64,000 nt of DNA from an uncultured Chloroflexia bacterium (GTDB lineage: Bacteria > Chloroflexota > Anaerolineae > Fen-1058): positions 146,419 through 210,418 of the forward strand of contig CAWJPR010000003.1 of the NCBI GenBank assembly GCA_963844815.1. The letters are read 5' to 3'. The notes beneath the pieces were generated by a model. That model saw nothing but the letters and a program-made list of their open reading frames with translations, was not told the DNA's origin and ran no database searches. Below, piece after piece: positions 9,752 to 21,469 of this stretch. The translations under genes were made by a program, and so were the position numbers. Position 1 is the first letter of the stretch; every line of letters starts with the position of its first letter.

Positions 9752-9959
9752 GTGTCTGACTCCATTCCTTCAGCCGCCTAACTACTTCTTGTCCGAAAAC
9801 CCAGCAGGAGCGGCTCCCACGCCGCGAATTTGCCAGGCACACATGCACCCACTGCGTGCAGTGCGGTGTGGGAGCCCGGTCCGCTACTTTTCGGACAGAA
9901 ACTAACTATGTGTTGACCCGCCGTACAACGGTTGTAGATAACGCGCTAAACTGAATCCA

Positions 9960-10205
9960 GCGAAAGCGCGTCGATAACTTAGCAGCGTAATCTTCCAAAT
10001 CGACATGCGGTAGCCGGAACATTTCGCGCCACGGACGATGCGCTTCGTAGAGCATCACCGTGGATGGCGACAGCAATTCGACCTGGTGATCGGACACTGC
10101 CGCGCCGATGATCTCCAGGCCCAACGGCTCGACCTTGGCGAGGTGTTTTAACCCGATGGTGAGCTCACCGCTGGGCGGGCTGACGAGCAAAATCCGCATG
10201 GCGCC
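9960..10205 (-). pseudogene. Remnant of the N-terminus of a B12-binding-domain radical-SAM-type gene (copy A).
   Basis: The translation MRILLVSPPSGELTIGLKHLAKVEPLGLEIIGAAV...MLYEAHRPWREMFRLPHVDLEDYA is typical of a B12-binding N-terminal domain. The ORF then degenerates. Confidence 0.4.
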
Positions 10206-10278
10206 TCCACTGGATATGATGTCCCCGTCAGGAGTGCCAGCTGGCGAGCCGGCACTCCCCCAAACCACGCTTCTCCAC

Positions 10279-11790
10279 TTAGTTGAACTTGAAGTTGGCT
10301 ACATGATCGGTGCCATCACTGAACCGCACGATCAATTGACGGCAGGTCCCTGACCATGATTTAACGGTCTTCCACACGTAGGTATAGGTATTTGTGACAG
10401 GATCGTACGACAGACCGCTGCTTCCTGCGGTTGCTGTTTCCTCGATAGGGTCAAGCGGCGCGCTGCTATCGCAGGCGATTGGCCGCGCAACTGGATAACC
10501 CGCGGCAAAGATGCTCAAGCCCTGATCGCCGCCCAGGTTAAACTTGATTGGCGTGGCACTGCCTGCCCTGGCGATGTTTAGCGCCGGGAGATTGTCTACC
10601 GGCTGGAAGAAACCGGTAAAATTGTAGGTGATGATAATCGTGTAACTCTGGCTGCCTGTGCTACCGTTGGCATCCGTTGCCGTCACGCTGAAGGAAAAAC
10701 TGCCGACTGTCGTCGGAGTGCCAGACAACAATCCCGCGGCGGATAGGGTGAGCCCTGGCGGCAATGCGCCTGAGGCGACTGCAAAGGTGTACGGAACGGC
10801 GCCGTTGCTGGCCGAGATGGTCTGGTTGTATGGAACACCCTCCATTCCGCCGGGAAGCGATGTGGGGGAGAGCACGATAGGAGACTGGACCGTCGTCGTC
10901 TGCGCTGGCGGCATTGTTGCTCGTGTCCGGGTCGCTCGTAGCGGTGGTGACGACGACGTGGTTGGTGATCGTGCCGGGCAGTTGGGCGTCATGCGGATGG
11001 TCAGCACGACCGAGCCGCCGGAGTTGATCGAGCCGAGCTGGCAGGCCAGCAGGGGGAAGGCGATGCCGCACGAGCCCTGGTTGATGGTGGCGAAGTTGAA
11101 ACTGGCGCCGGCGGGCAGCGTGTCGGTCAGCAGCACGGTCTGCGCCGTGTCCGGCCCGTTGTTCACGATCGTCACCGTGTAGGTCAAGGGCGAGCCCTGC
11201 GTCACCGGGTCGGGAGTATCGCTATTGGTGACGGAGAGGTCGGCCTGGAGGGCGATCACCGTCGTGTCCTGGCTGGCGGAGTTGTTGGCGATGTTCGGGT
11301 CGGTGGTGGCGGTAGTGGCAACGGCGTGGTTGGTGATCGTGCCGGGGGAGTTGGGTGTCATGCGGATGGTCAGCACGACCGAGCCGCCGGAGTTGATCGA
11401 GCCGAGCTGGCAGGCCAGCAGCGGGAAGGCGATGCCGCACGAGCCCTGGTTGATGGTGGCGAAGTTGAAGCTGGCGCCGGCGGGCATCGTGTCGGTCAGC
11501 AGCACGGTCTGCACCGTGTCCGGCCCGTTGTTCACGATCGTCACCGTGTAGGTCAAGGGCGAGCCCTGCGTCACCGGGTCGGGAATATCGCTATTGGTGA
11601 CGGAGAGGTCGGCGGACTGAATTGCAGACAGCGGCCTGGATAGGACGCTATTGACCGCGGATGTCGCCAACGAGGATCTTGCTTGTGCTGATTGCCCTGT
11701 CGTCAGCACAAATGCCAACAGTCCAGCCAACATGACTGCAAAAGATAAAACTGACCCAGTGCGAGAATGGACCATGCGATGAAAACGTCG
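10279..11790 (-). CDS. Secreted surface protein with two tandem DUF11 domains, an Ig-like domain and a C-terminal domain. It contains compensating internal frameshifts.
   Basis: A signal peptide (MRRFHRMVHSRTGSVLSFAVMLAGLLAFVLTTGQSAQA) is present. Two copies of DLSVTNSD.PDPVTQGSPLTYTVTIVNNGPD follow. In the second copy, about 33 aa is read out of frame between roughly 10875 and 10975. The alternative frame there reads GTITNHVVVTTATSDP..., which matches the first copy. Confidence 0.7.
   Translation of the reverse strand, partial: RRFHRMVHSRTGSVLSFAVMLAGLLAFVLTTGQSAQARSSLATSAVNSVLSRPLSAIQSADLSVTNSDIPDPVTQGSPLTYTVTIVNNGPDTVQTVLLTDTMPAGASFNFATINQGSCGIAFPLLACQLGSINSGGSVVLTIRMTPNSPGTITNHAVATTATTDPNIANNSASQDTTVIALQADLSVTNSDTPDPVTQGSPLTYTVTIVNNGPDTAQTVLLTDTLPAGASFNFATINQGSCGIAFPLLACQLGSINSGGSVVLTIRMTPNCPARSPTTSSSPPLRATRTRATMPPAQTTTVQSPIVLSPTSLPGGMEGVPYNQTISASNGAVPYTFAVASGALPPGLTLSAAGLLSGTPTTVGSFSFSVTATDANGSTGSQSYTIIITYNFTGFFQPVDNLPALNIARAGSATPIKFNLGGDQGLSIFAAGYPVARPIACDSSAPLDPIEETATAGSSGLSYDPVTNTYTYVWKTVKSWSGTCRQLIVRFSDGTDHVANFKFN
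10955..11695. repeat. Two tandem units of 370 bp at about 90% identity, internal to the DUF11 gene.
   Basis: The string catgcggatggtcagcacgaccgagcc recurs at about 10989 and about 11359. The period is not a multiple of 3. Confidence 0.8.
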
Positions 11791-11961
11791 CATGCTGCGC
11801 AAATTTCCTGCGAAAATCTTGGTTTCGGCTACGAATGGTAAAGACATTTTTCTCTCCTTTTATCTAGAAAAGCCAACGGTACAAAACACAACGCGCTGAG
11901 GCCGTCGGTCAGCGCCACATGAAAGCCGGGCATGGGCGCATGCATCTGCAGACGCAAGCGC

Positions 11962-12321
11962 TCAGGCCGCCTCGCGTCGCAATGCGATACCTGTCCAGAT
12001 TCCACATCCGGTATCCCAGGCGCCAAATAGCAGTACGATTGGCGGCGCTATCCCGAGAACAACAAAGACAACGAAGGTAGGGAAAACGACCAGTCGGCCA
12101 TAGAAGGTCCAGCGGTAGAAACTCTTATTGCCCTCGCGAATAGCCATGGCATAGTAGAAGGCCAGTATGCCCATAACCATGCCAAATATCCTGATCCACA
12201 GCCCATCAGGCGGAGCGAGGCCAACTAGCGCCGCGAAGTTGCCGGGGAAGACAATGAATACGACGCACAGCATAGCCATATAGATCGCAAAGACCAGCAT
12301 ACTGAGTGTGCTCTGCTTCAT
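11962..12321 (-). CDS. Small integral membrane protein with 3 predicted TM helices.
   Basis: The product begins MKQSTLSMLVFAIYMAMLCVVFIVFPG. The upstream part of the long listed ORF has non-coding character. Confidence 0.45.
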   Translation of the reverse strand: MKQSTLSMLVFAIYMAMLCVVFIVFPGNFAALVGLAPPDGLWIRIFGMVMGILAFYYAMAIREGNKSFYRWTFYGRLVVFPTFVVFVVLGIAPPIVLLFGAWDTGCGIWTGIALRREAA

Positions 12322-12467
12322 AGTTCGCCTCGCTTGAAATGGATTCGGCAGATAGCGACGACCGCAACGGAACGCAACTGAGCATAGAAGCCCAACTACT
12401 GCTTGACCCGCTGCAGGCCCGTTGCAACCGACAGAACAAACTTGATCTGGTGAAAGTGCGCGGCTAG

Positions 12468-12690
12468 TCAGCCTGCGTAATCTTCCAGATCGACATACGG
12501 CAACCCGAACACCACCCGCCATGGGCGATGGGCTTCGTAGAGCATGAAGATGGATGGCAACAACATTTCGATCCAACATGGGATCACATCGACGTCTTCC
12601 GGCTCGACGGCGAACAGCAGCACGTTGGCAGGCTGACGAGCAAAATGCGCATGTGGCCTCCGCGTCATGGAGGTAGAAACAAGTTGGTCG
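12468..12690 (-). pseudogene. Second decayed copy (copy B) of the B12-radical-SAM N-terminal fragment.
   Basis: It translates to ...MLYEAHRPWRVVFGLPYVDLEDYAG, compared with copy A ...MLYEAHRPWREMFRLPHVDLEDYAAKL. The two are about 75% identical at the nucleotide level and in the same orientation. Confidence 0.4.
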
Positions 12691-12935
12691 GCGTGCGTGG
12701 CTGGTGCACGTGAAGACGTACCTATTATAGGAGCAAGGCGCTGCTAAAGATAGAGTCTGAGCCAACTGAGAAGACTGATTTTGGAGTGAAATTCGGCAAC
12801 CGCCGAAGAATTAGTTCCAAATGCGCGGCGCCTGCGAGGCGGGGGAGCATCGCAGGCGCCGCTAGCCAAGGGAGGCGATTGGTGAAAATCCTTACTGGCA
12901 GCAGTATACAGGCGCCGGCTGGTTGGCGATATGAT

Positions 12936-13616
12936 CTAGATCAGCTTCGCTGAAGGCGTCGGTGATTTGTCGTGCCCGGCCAGTTTGGCCGCCTGCCGGC
13001 GGTTAATCGCGTGGGTCTTACTGAGGATATTACGGACGTGGCTCTTGACGGTATGCAGGCTCAACGACAACTGCTCGGCGATCTCCCTGTCGGTCGCGCC
13101 TGTGGCGATGAGGTCCAATACTTCCTGCTCGCGCACCGTCAACGCGTAGTCGTCGCCGGTGGCAGGCGTCGAGGTGCTTGGACGGCTGGACAGGCGCGCG
13201 AACTCGGCCAGCAGCCGCGCGGCCAGCCGGGGGGGCAGCACCGCTTCGCCATTCAAGGCGCTGCGTACCCCGCGCAGAAAATCAGTCGAATGCAGGCTCT
13301 TCAGCATATAGCCCTGCGCGCCGGCTCGAATGGCTTCAAACAGTTTCTCGTCCTCGTCGTGCACGGTGAGCATGACGATGCACGCTGCGGGCCACTCGGC
13401 TCGAATCAACCGGGTCGCCTCCAGGCCGTCGCAGATGGGCATGTTGATATCCATGATGATCAACGCCGGTTTCAAATCGCGCGCCAGCGTCAATGCCTCC
13501 AGCCCGTCGCTGGCCTGCCCGGCCACTTCCAGATCGGGCTGAGCCTTGATCAGGCCAGCCAGCCCTTCGCGGAACAATTCGTGATCATCCGCTAATAAGA
13601 TGCGTGCGCGTGACAA
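12936..13616 (-). CDS. NarL/FixJ-family response regulator (REC + LuxR-type HTH).
   Basis: The receiver motifs ILLADDHELFREG...IIMDINMP are present, and the C-terminus has a LuxR helix-turn-helix (REQEVLDLIATGATDREIAEQLSLSLHTVKSHVRNIL). Confidence 0.88.
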   Translation of the reverse strand: MSRARILLADDHELFREGLAGLIKAQPDLEVAGQASDGLEALTLARDLKPALIIMDINMPICDGLEATRLIRAEWPAACIVMLTVHDEDEKLFEAIRAGAQGYMLKSLHSTDFLRGVRSALNGEAVLPPRLAARLLAEFARLSSRPSTSTPATGDDYALTVREQEVLDLIATGATDREIAEQLSLSLHTVKSHVRNILSKTHAINRRQAAKLAGHDKSPTPSAKLI

Positions 13617-13628
13617 GTCAATCCAGTC

Positions 13629-15599
13629 CTATGCCATTTCAGCCGCGGGCAAGTCGGCCACAATTCTGGTGCCGTGCCCCGGCGTCGATTCCACCTGCAG
13701 CGATCCGCCGCAGCGTTCGGCGCGCGTGCGCATGATGGTCAAGCCTAGATGGTGCCGCCTATCCACTTCTTCCGGTCGGAAGCCGCGCCCGTCGTCTTGA
13801 ATGCAGAAGCGGGCCAGGCCGTTGCAGCGCTCGGCCGTGATTTGCACGCGCTGCGCCTGCGCATGCCGCTGCACGTTGAGCAGCCCCTCGCGTACGATAT
13901 GATAGGCTTGCGTCTGCACCACGCGCGCCAGCGCCAGCGCGGAGGCATCGACCAGGTTTAACTCCACCTGCAGATCGGACGAAGCCCGCACGTCGTTCAC
14001 GCACGCTTCCAGCCGGGTACGTAGATCGTCGGCGTTGGGCGCCGCTTCGCGCAGGCCGGTCAGTGCCGCTCGCACTTGACCGTAGGCCGTGTCGATGGCC
14101 GACTTCATCTGCGTCAACTCCTGCACGGCAGCGTCATCGCTGGAGTGCGTCTCGACCATCTCGCGCAGCCGATCGGATTTCAAGTTGAGAAAACTCAGCG
14201 TCTGCGCCAGATTGTCGTGCAGTTCGGCTGCCAGCCGATCGCGCTCGGCGGCGCTGGCAGCCTGCTCGGTCTGACGGCGCTGCTCGTCGACGAGGCGCGC
14301 ATTGGTCAATGCCACCGCCGCCGAGTTCGCCAGCAGAGTCAGGGCGCGGGTCTCGTTCGCGTCAAACGCTTCCGGGCTGCGGCGCACGACACACAACGCG
14401 CCCAGCGTCGCGTCACCCGAACGCAGCGGGGCCACGGCGCAGTGGCCTGGCGCGTGCGCGCCCAGAAAAGCGCAGTCGGAGCAGCCGGCCGCCAGCGTCA
14501 CGGTTTCGCCCGCGCCCACCACCTGCTGTGCGGGATCGCGATCGATCGCTTGCTGCAAGTTGAGCCATGACGAGCCGCTGCCACTTTGCGCAATCAGGGT
14601 CAGCTGCGAAGGGTCACGCTCGATCGAGCACAGGGAGGCCGCCACGGCGCCGGTTAGCGTCCGCGCCCGATCAACCGCCGATTGCAGCAGCTGTTCCACT
14701 TCGATCTGCGCGCTGATCTCCTGGCTGAGCTCAAAAGCCGACGTCAACTCGCGCGTGCGCTGTTCCACCCGCGTCTCCAGTTCATCATGCGCGGCGGCGA
14801 TTTCGGTGCGCATCGTCTCGAAGGCGACCGCCACTTCCCCCAGCTCGTCACGGCGTTCCGCCGGGACCGGCTGTGTTAAGTCGCCGCGGGCCATCCGCTG
14901 CGCCGCCTGATCCAGCGCGTTGAGCGGTTTCAAGAGCTGGGCGCGCAACACGTAATAACCGCCGGCCAGCAGCGCCACCGCCGAGATCAGGAAGAGCGCT
15001 TGAATGATTTGCAGCTGCGCCAATTTGTCCTGCGCGCGCGTTTCGTAAGCGTGGACGACGCGATCGAGTTGAGCGAGCAATTGCGCGGACACTGCCTGCA
15101 GCTCGCCCGAATACGGCGCGGCCAACTCCGCGCGGAACAGCGACCAGGTTCTGGCGGCTTCGTCCAGCTGAGCGCGCAGCGCAGCGTCTGGCGGGGGTGG
15201 CAAATCGATCGGGCGGTTGGCCGTGTCTGGTGTGGAACCGCCGTAACGCAGCGCGTCCAGGGTCTGATCGAACAGCTGCGCCGGCTGTTCCAACATCGTT
15301 CGATCGGGGTAAGACAAGGCCAGCCACAACATCCGCTGCGACAACATGCGCTGCCGCCCGGCCAGGTTGATGACGGTGGCATCGGCAGCCTGTGTCTGGA
15401 TCGCCAGAAACGTGGCCAGCGCCGAAGCCGCCACCAGCAGCAAAAAGCCGACGAAGATGGCGCTCAGCCGCGCGCGCAGTGATCGGAACATGCTCCCCCT
15501 GCCAATCGGCAGATCCATCCGCATTGCAGTGAAAGTTGGGTCTGTCGGGCTGCGCTTAGTGTAACGCCAACGCTCGAACCGGCGTATGATGTCCGTCAT
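13629..15599 (-). CDS. NarX-like sensor histidine kinase: PilJ/NarX P-box sensor, HAMP, GAF, HisKA_3, HATPase_c.
   Basis: After a TM helix comes the P-box INLAGRQRMLSQRM. A HAMP linker, a GAF-like region, the H-box ERDRLAAELHDNLAQTL and an ATPase domain follow. The true start may be the internal MFRSLRARL. Confidence 0.82.
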   Translation of the reverse strand: MTDIIRRFERWRYTKRSPTDPTFTAMRMDLPIGRGSMFRSLRARLSAIFVGFLLLVAASALATFLAIQTQAADATVINLAGRQRMLSQRMLWLALSYPDRTMLEQPAQLFDQTLDALRYGGSTPDTANRPIDLPPPPDAALRAQLDEAARTWSLFRAELAAPYSGELQAVSAQLLAQLDRVVHAYETRAQDKLAQLQIIQALFLISAVALLAGGYYVLRAQLLKPLNALDQAAQRMARGDLTQPVPAERRDELGEVAVAFETMRTEIAAAHDELETRVEQRTRELTSAFELSQEISAQIEVEQLLQSAVDRARTLTGAVAASLCSIERDPSQLTLIAQSGSGSSWLNLQQAIDRDPAQQVVGAGETVTLAAGCSDCAFLGAHAPGHCAVAPLRSGDATLGALCVVRRSPEAFDANETRALTLLANSAAVALTNARLVDEQRRQTEQAASAAERDRLAAELHDNLAQTLSFLNLKSDRLREMVETHSSDDAAVQELTQMKSAIDTAYGQVRAALTGLREAAPNADDLRTRLEACVNDVRASSDLQVELNLVDASALALARVVQTQAYHIVREGLLNVQRHAQAQRVQITAERCNGLARFCIQDDGRGFRPEEVDRRHHLGLTIMRTRAERCGGSLQVESTPGHGTRIVADLPAAEMA

Positions 15600-15695
15600 A
15601 CTGCCAGTCGGTTGGGCTTCGACCGCGCAATCTCAAGCTATTCTGTGCTCGCGTCGTCTGTGCCGGCTCTCCCGGCCCAAAACGGTTATTTTGAT

Positions 15696-16364
15696 TCACG
15701 CCGCCGGTTCAGGCCGGGGTTTCGGCGTGTCGTCGGGCAGGGTGCCGAACACCGCATCCCACGTCGGCGAGCTGACGCCGAAACGCTCATTGGGCGTCTT
15801 GTAGTGGTGCAGCATGTGATAACGCTTCAATGCCTTGAGCACACCCCAGCGCATGGGGAAGTGATGCGTGGCGTAGTGGATCATATCGTAGCACACGTAG
15901 CCAATGATGAAGCCCGCCAACAGCGGCGCGACCCACTGCGGCGCATTGAAGAAGCGCCCCACGACGAGCGTGAACAGACCGTAGAAGACGAAGGCCGTCG
16001 GCACACTCACGATGGGCGGCATGACGAGGCGTGTCTTGCACTGCGGCTGCACGTGATGCACGCCGTGGAACAGGAAGATGGCGCGCTCCACCCACGGAGG
16101 CGGGTTCTTTGGCTCGAAGTGGAAGACGAAGCGGTGCATGGTGTACTCGGTAAATGACCACACGATCGCGCCGAGGATCAGCGCGACGATGATCTGCCCT
16201 GCACTCAACGTTTGAGCGACGATCGGGCGTGAGAGAAAGTAAGCGGCCACCGGCAGCCACATAATCGGCACGACGGCGGGATGGATGTGCGTGAAGAACT
16301 CCAGAAAATCCGATTTGAACAGGCGGATGGGCACATCGCTGTGATTGGTTGGCATGTACGGCAT
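15696..16364 (-). CDS. Fatty acid hydroxylase / sterol desaturase superfamily membrane protein.
   Basis: The histidine boxes HRFVFH, HGVHH, HHFP and HMLHH are present. Confidence 0.78.
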   Translation of the reverse strand: MPYMPTNHSDVPIRLFKSDFLEFFTHIHPAVVPIMWLPVAAYFLSRPIVAQTLSAGQIIVALILGAIVWSFTEYTMHRFVFHFEPKNPPPWVERAIFLFHGVHHVQPQCKTRLVMPPIVSVPTAFVFYGLFTLVVGRFFNAPQWVAPLLAGFIIGYVCYDMIHYATHHFPMRWGVLKALKRYHMLHHYKTPNERFGVSSPTWDAVFGTLPDDTPKPRPEPAA

Positions 16365-16501
16365 AAACCCTCCCTTGGGTTACGAGGAATTTCCGGCAGA
16401 TTCGCTGGCTGGGCGAATCGAGGGCGGATGGGGCAATTGTACCTCATCTTGTTTATTCGGAGGCGATGCTGAACTCAAGCAATCCTTTCCAGGCGAAAGG
16501 C

Positions 16502-17053
16502 TCACTTCACTTTCCAGAGGCGAGCATACTTCTTGCGATACTTGAGGTCCGGTTCTGTTTCGATTAACTCCAACGCCTGCTCTCGCACTGTTTCGTCCTT
16601 GACGGCGTCATACAGATTTCGCAGGCTCTGGCTGATGTCGTAACGGATCAACGTACAGTTCTTCTCTGCGGCGCACTCTGCGAACCGGCCGGCGAGCCTA
16701 TCCACCAACCGCTTCTGCTGTTTCTTTCCGGCCGCGCCAACTTTCCATAGCGCTTGCAAGCAGTGCCGGGCCGTGACGAAGCGCTCGTCTCTGGTCACGG
16801 CGAGCAGCGCGTCAAAGTCCTTGAGAATCCGACCCTGCGGGTCGCTCTTCGCCAGGTTGCACAAAACCTGAGCCGCGATCGCCCGGTTGTGGTTGTCTTT
16901 GTGACTCAAGTTGGCCACAACCTCATCCCACGCATCGTAAGCCCAGTCAACGGGTTTGTCCGTTGCCTTGAGGATGGTGATAAACGCCTTGTGCTGCAAT
17001 TCTCTGTCGTCCGACCACAGATTATCCAGGTTGGTGCGTGTAGTTTTGTTCAT
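16502..17053 (-). CDS. HEAT-repeat protein (DNA-alkylation-repair-like).
   Basis: The start at MNKTTRT is supported by a GAGAGGGAG ribosome-binding site. The product has an all-alpha repeat character. Confidence 0.4.
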   Translation of the reverse strand: MNKTTRTNLDNLWSDDRELQHKAFITILKATDKPVDWAYDAWDEVVANLSHKDNHNRAIAAQVLCNLAKSDPQGRILKDFDALLAVTRDERFVTARHCLQALWKVGAAGKKQQKRLVDRLAGRFAECAAEKNCTLIRYDISQSLRNLYDAVKDETVREQALELIETEPDLKYRKKYARLWKVK

Positions 17054-17070
17054 CGCACTCCCTCTCGCGC

Positions 17071-17835
17071 CTACAAAGCAAGTGTGTTGATGAAGTTGAG
17101 CATCCGCGTCCACGCATCGGCTGAGGCAGCGGCGTATTCGGCGTACTTACGATCGAAGAAGCTGTGCGGCGCGCCTGCATAAGTGACGATGCGATGGCCC
17201 ACACCGGCGAGGTCGAGCTGCCGATCCAGTTGCTCGATGTCGCCGGCGGGAATGCCGGGATCGGCGCCGCCAAACAGGCCAAGGACAGGATAGCGAATCC
17301 TGGCGGCTTGCTCCAGTGTGCTGTCTTTGCTGCCCGGAATGAGGCGGCTCAACCCGGCATAGAAGGGAATCAAGCCGGCCAGATCGAATTCTTCTGCGCC
17401 GGTGTGCAGCGCCAGCGTGCCACCGCGACAAAAGCCGACGATGAACGTAGGCCGCTCGGCCTTGCTGAGATCGCGCAAATAGGCGAGCGCCGCCGTCACA
17501 TCGGCGAGGAATGCCGGAATCGTCATCTGCTCGACGTGAGGCATATACTCAAAACTGTCATCGCGCGGCGTGAGGCCGGCGGTACGCCCGAAGTAATCGA
17601 TGGCCAGGGCGCGCACGCCCACCTCGGCGAAGCGCAGCGCGAGTTCTTTGTAGAACTGATGCAGGCCGCGCACGTCGGGATAGATGACGACTTGCGGGCC
17701 GTCCGGCTGCGCGGCGTAGGCAATGTAGGCGGCGAACTGATTGCCGTCCTGTGCCGTCAAGACGATGTCTTTGCCATCCGCCGCGCCGCCTGAAATGGGC
17801 GGGTAGGGCGGCCGGGCGTCAGAGTCGTAACACAT
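17071..17835 (-). CDS. Dienelactone hydrolase family protein.
   Basis: A nucleophile-elbow-like GFCRGG motif and overall architecture are characteristic of dienelactone hydrolases. Confidence 0.75.
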   Translation of the reverse strand: MCYDSDARPPYPPISGGAADGKDIVLTAQDGNQFAAYIAYAAQPDGPQVVIYPDVRGLHQFYKELALRFAEVGVRALAIDYFGRTAGLTPRDDSFEYMPHVEQMTIPAFLADVTAALAYLRDLSKAERPTFIVGFCRGGTLALHTGAEEFDLAGLIPFYAGLSRLIPGSKDSTLEQAARIRYPVLGLFGGADPGIPAGDIEQLDRQLDLAGVGHRIVTYAGAPHSFFDRKYAEYAAASADAWTRMLNFINTLAL

Positions 17836-18108
17836 GCTGAGTCTCCCTCTTCAATTTCGAATTGTCAGACCATCACGCGAGACCTCAACTGCCCGGTGCG
17901 CAAACACAGTTGCGCCGGACAGCCGGTGTTCAATTGAGCAGTGTACAGGTAAAACAGTGAAGAACGGGCTGCGGCTTAGCAGCCTACCCTGGCTGCGTTA
18001 AGGGTACCTGATTTGCGGAGAAAGTCAATTGGAAAAAGGTGAGAACTTCGACTACCTGAGATGACTAACCACGTCAGTAAGCCGCTGCTGGGCGGGCGGA
18101 ATTAAACA

Positions 18109-18741
18109 CTATGACTTGTGCTTCCTCTCTTCACCTGGGCTCACGATATACCGCATGACTCGCCTGCCCTTATCCGGCGAAACTACTGCGCGAAAGCCGG
18201 CCTTCCGAAAGGTGGACTCGTAGCCCATGTGGCGATAGGTGGCGGGTTGCAGGTTCCCGTCCGCGCGAGGCTCCACCGGAAACCCTTCGATAACTTGCGC
18301 CCCATGTGAGCGGGCATATTCCACAGCCGCCTGCAGCAACTCTACCGTGAAATGCTGCCCCCGCATATGGGGAGCTACAAAGAAGCACACGACCGCCCAG
18401 GCAGTTTTGTTGTCAACTCGCTTGATGGTCTTTGAACGTTCTAAAAGTGCATAGGTCTCACGAGGGGCCATTGAGCACCAGCCGACGGGTTCTTCGCCCA
18501 GGTAACCTAGAATTCCAATCGGCATGCCCGCGCGGACGCGTCCTTCGAGCGCGCGCTTGCGGTCTGCACTCTTCAGTCGCCTGAACTCGCTACTGGATAG
18601 CCGCCAGCGCATGCACCAGCAGTAATTGGGATTCCCGTGGCGCTCGAAGAATCGAACGAGGTCAGGCCACCGATCAGGCGTGACCGGATGGAACTTGAAA
18701 GCAGGCACTTCGTTTCGGGTAGACGGCATATCGCTTTTCAT
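18109..18741 (-). CDS. GNAT family acetyltransferase.
   Basis: A 210-aa product with a GNAT fold pattern (AVVCFFVAPHMRGQHFTVELLQAAVEYARSHG). Confidence 0.65.
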   Translation of the reverse strand: MKSDMPSTRNEVPAFKFHPVTPDRWPDLVRFFERHGNPNYCWCMRWRLSSSEFRRLKSADRKRALEGRVRAGMPIGILGYLGEEPVGWCSMAPRETYALLERSKTIKRVDNKTAWAVVCFFVAPHMRGQHFTVELLQAAVEYARSHGAQVIEGFPVEPRADGNLQPATYRHMGYESTFRKAGFRAVVSPDKGRRVMRYIVSPGEERKHKS

Positions 18742-19071
18742 GACTGGCTAACGGTCGGGTTCAGCCGCATGGGGGGCGAAAATGCGGGCCTGCTCGACTG
18801 CGGCATGCTCAAATAATCGCCGCCATTGTGCGCCGTTGCCTGCGGTGGAACGGCCCCCGCGACGATTTGGGGGGCGGTGGCCAACAAGACAACGCAAGTT
18901 GAGGCCACCTGGCGTTTCCGACCTGTGCGACATTAAACAGAGGCGTTGTATCGGCTGATTTCTTACAGTTTCAGCGCGTCAGTTTGGCCTTTCGTGCGAT
19001 TTTCCCGATTCGCGGTCTGAGCGCCACGGCGGAAAGGCGTGCGACCCTTCGGGTATCATTTATCTCAGGAA

Positions 19072-21037
<1,966 letters not shown>

Positions 21038-21298
21038 AGTGCCAGTCCTTTTCGTGCTCAGATGTGTTTGCCGGACACCAGTCCGGTGATCGCCAACGTC
21101 CAGACACGCAGACCGTGGAGAAAAGTCACGGGCTTCTGGCCACTCGGCGCCTGACAAGCCTGTAATTTGTTGACCGACTCGTCCGATCGGCCCCACTTGC
21201 AGCAAGTCGCTAAGATCGAACGGTGCACCGTCTGCCTGCGAACCGGGGCCACGCAAACCGAAACGACCTGTGGGGTCACGAGTCTCGCTGCTGCTTAG

Positions 21299-21469
21299 GC
21301 CTCACCCGCGCGCTTGCTGCAGTTGAACCGCGGTCATTGGGGCGTGGAGAATGGCCTGCACTATCGTCGCGATGTCACGCTCCACGAAGATGCGGGACGG
21401 GCCAGCGCCCCCTCATTCGATCACACGATGGCGGCCTTCAACAACTTGGTGATCGGCCACACCATCTGA
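21299..21469 (+). mobile_element. C-terminal fragment of a DDE transposase (ISAs1/IS4-like). It is an IS remnant pseudogene.
   Basis: The fragment translates to ...NRGHWGVENGLHYRRDVTLHEDAGRASAPSFDHTMAAFNNLVIGHTI*. This carries the hallmark HWxIENxLH..RDVT..ED motif of ISAs1-family transposases. No intact upstream ORF is present. Confidence 0.5.

Noticed and set aside
12322-12765. N-terminal extension of the listed 267-aa ORF 11962..12765.
   Set aside because: The upstream 150 codons are Arg/Cys-rich with no hydrophobic organisation and overlap radical-SAM remnant copy B. Only the distal 120 aa, MKQSTLS..., looks like a real membrane protein.
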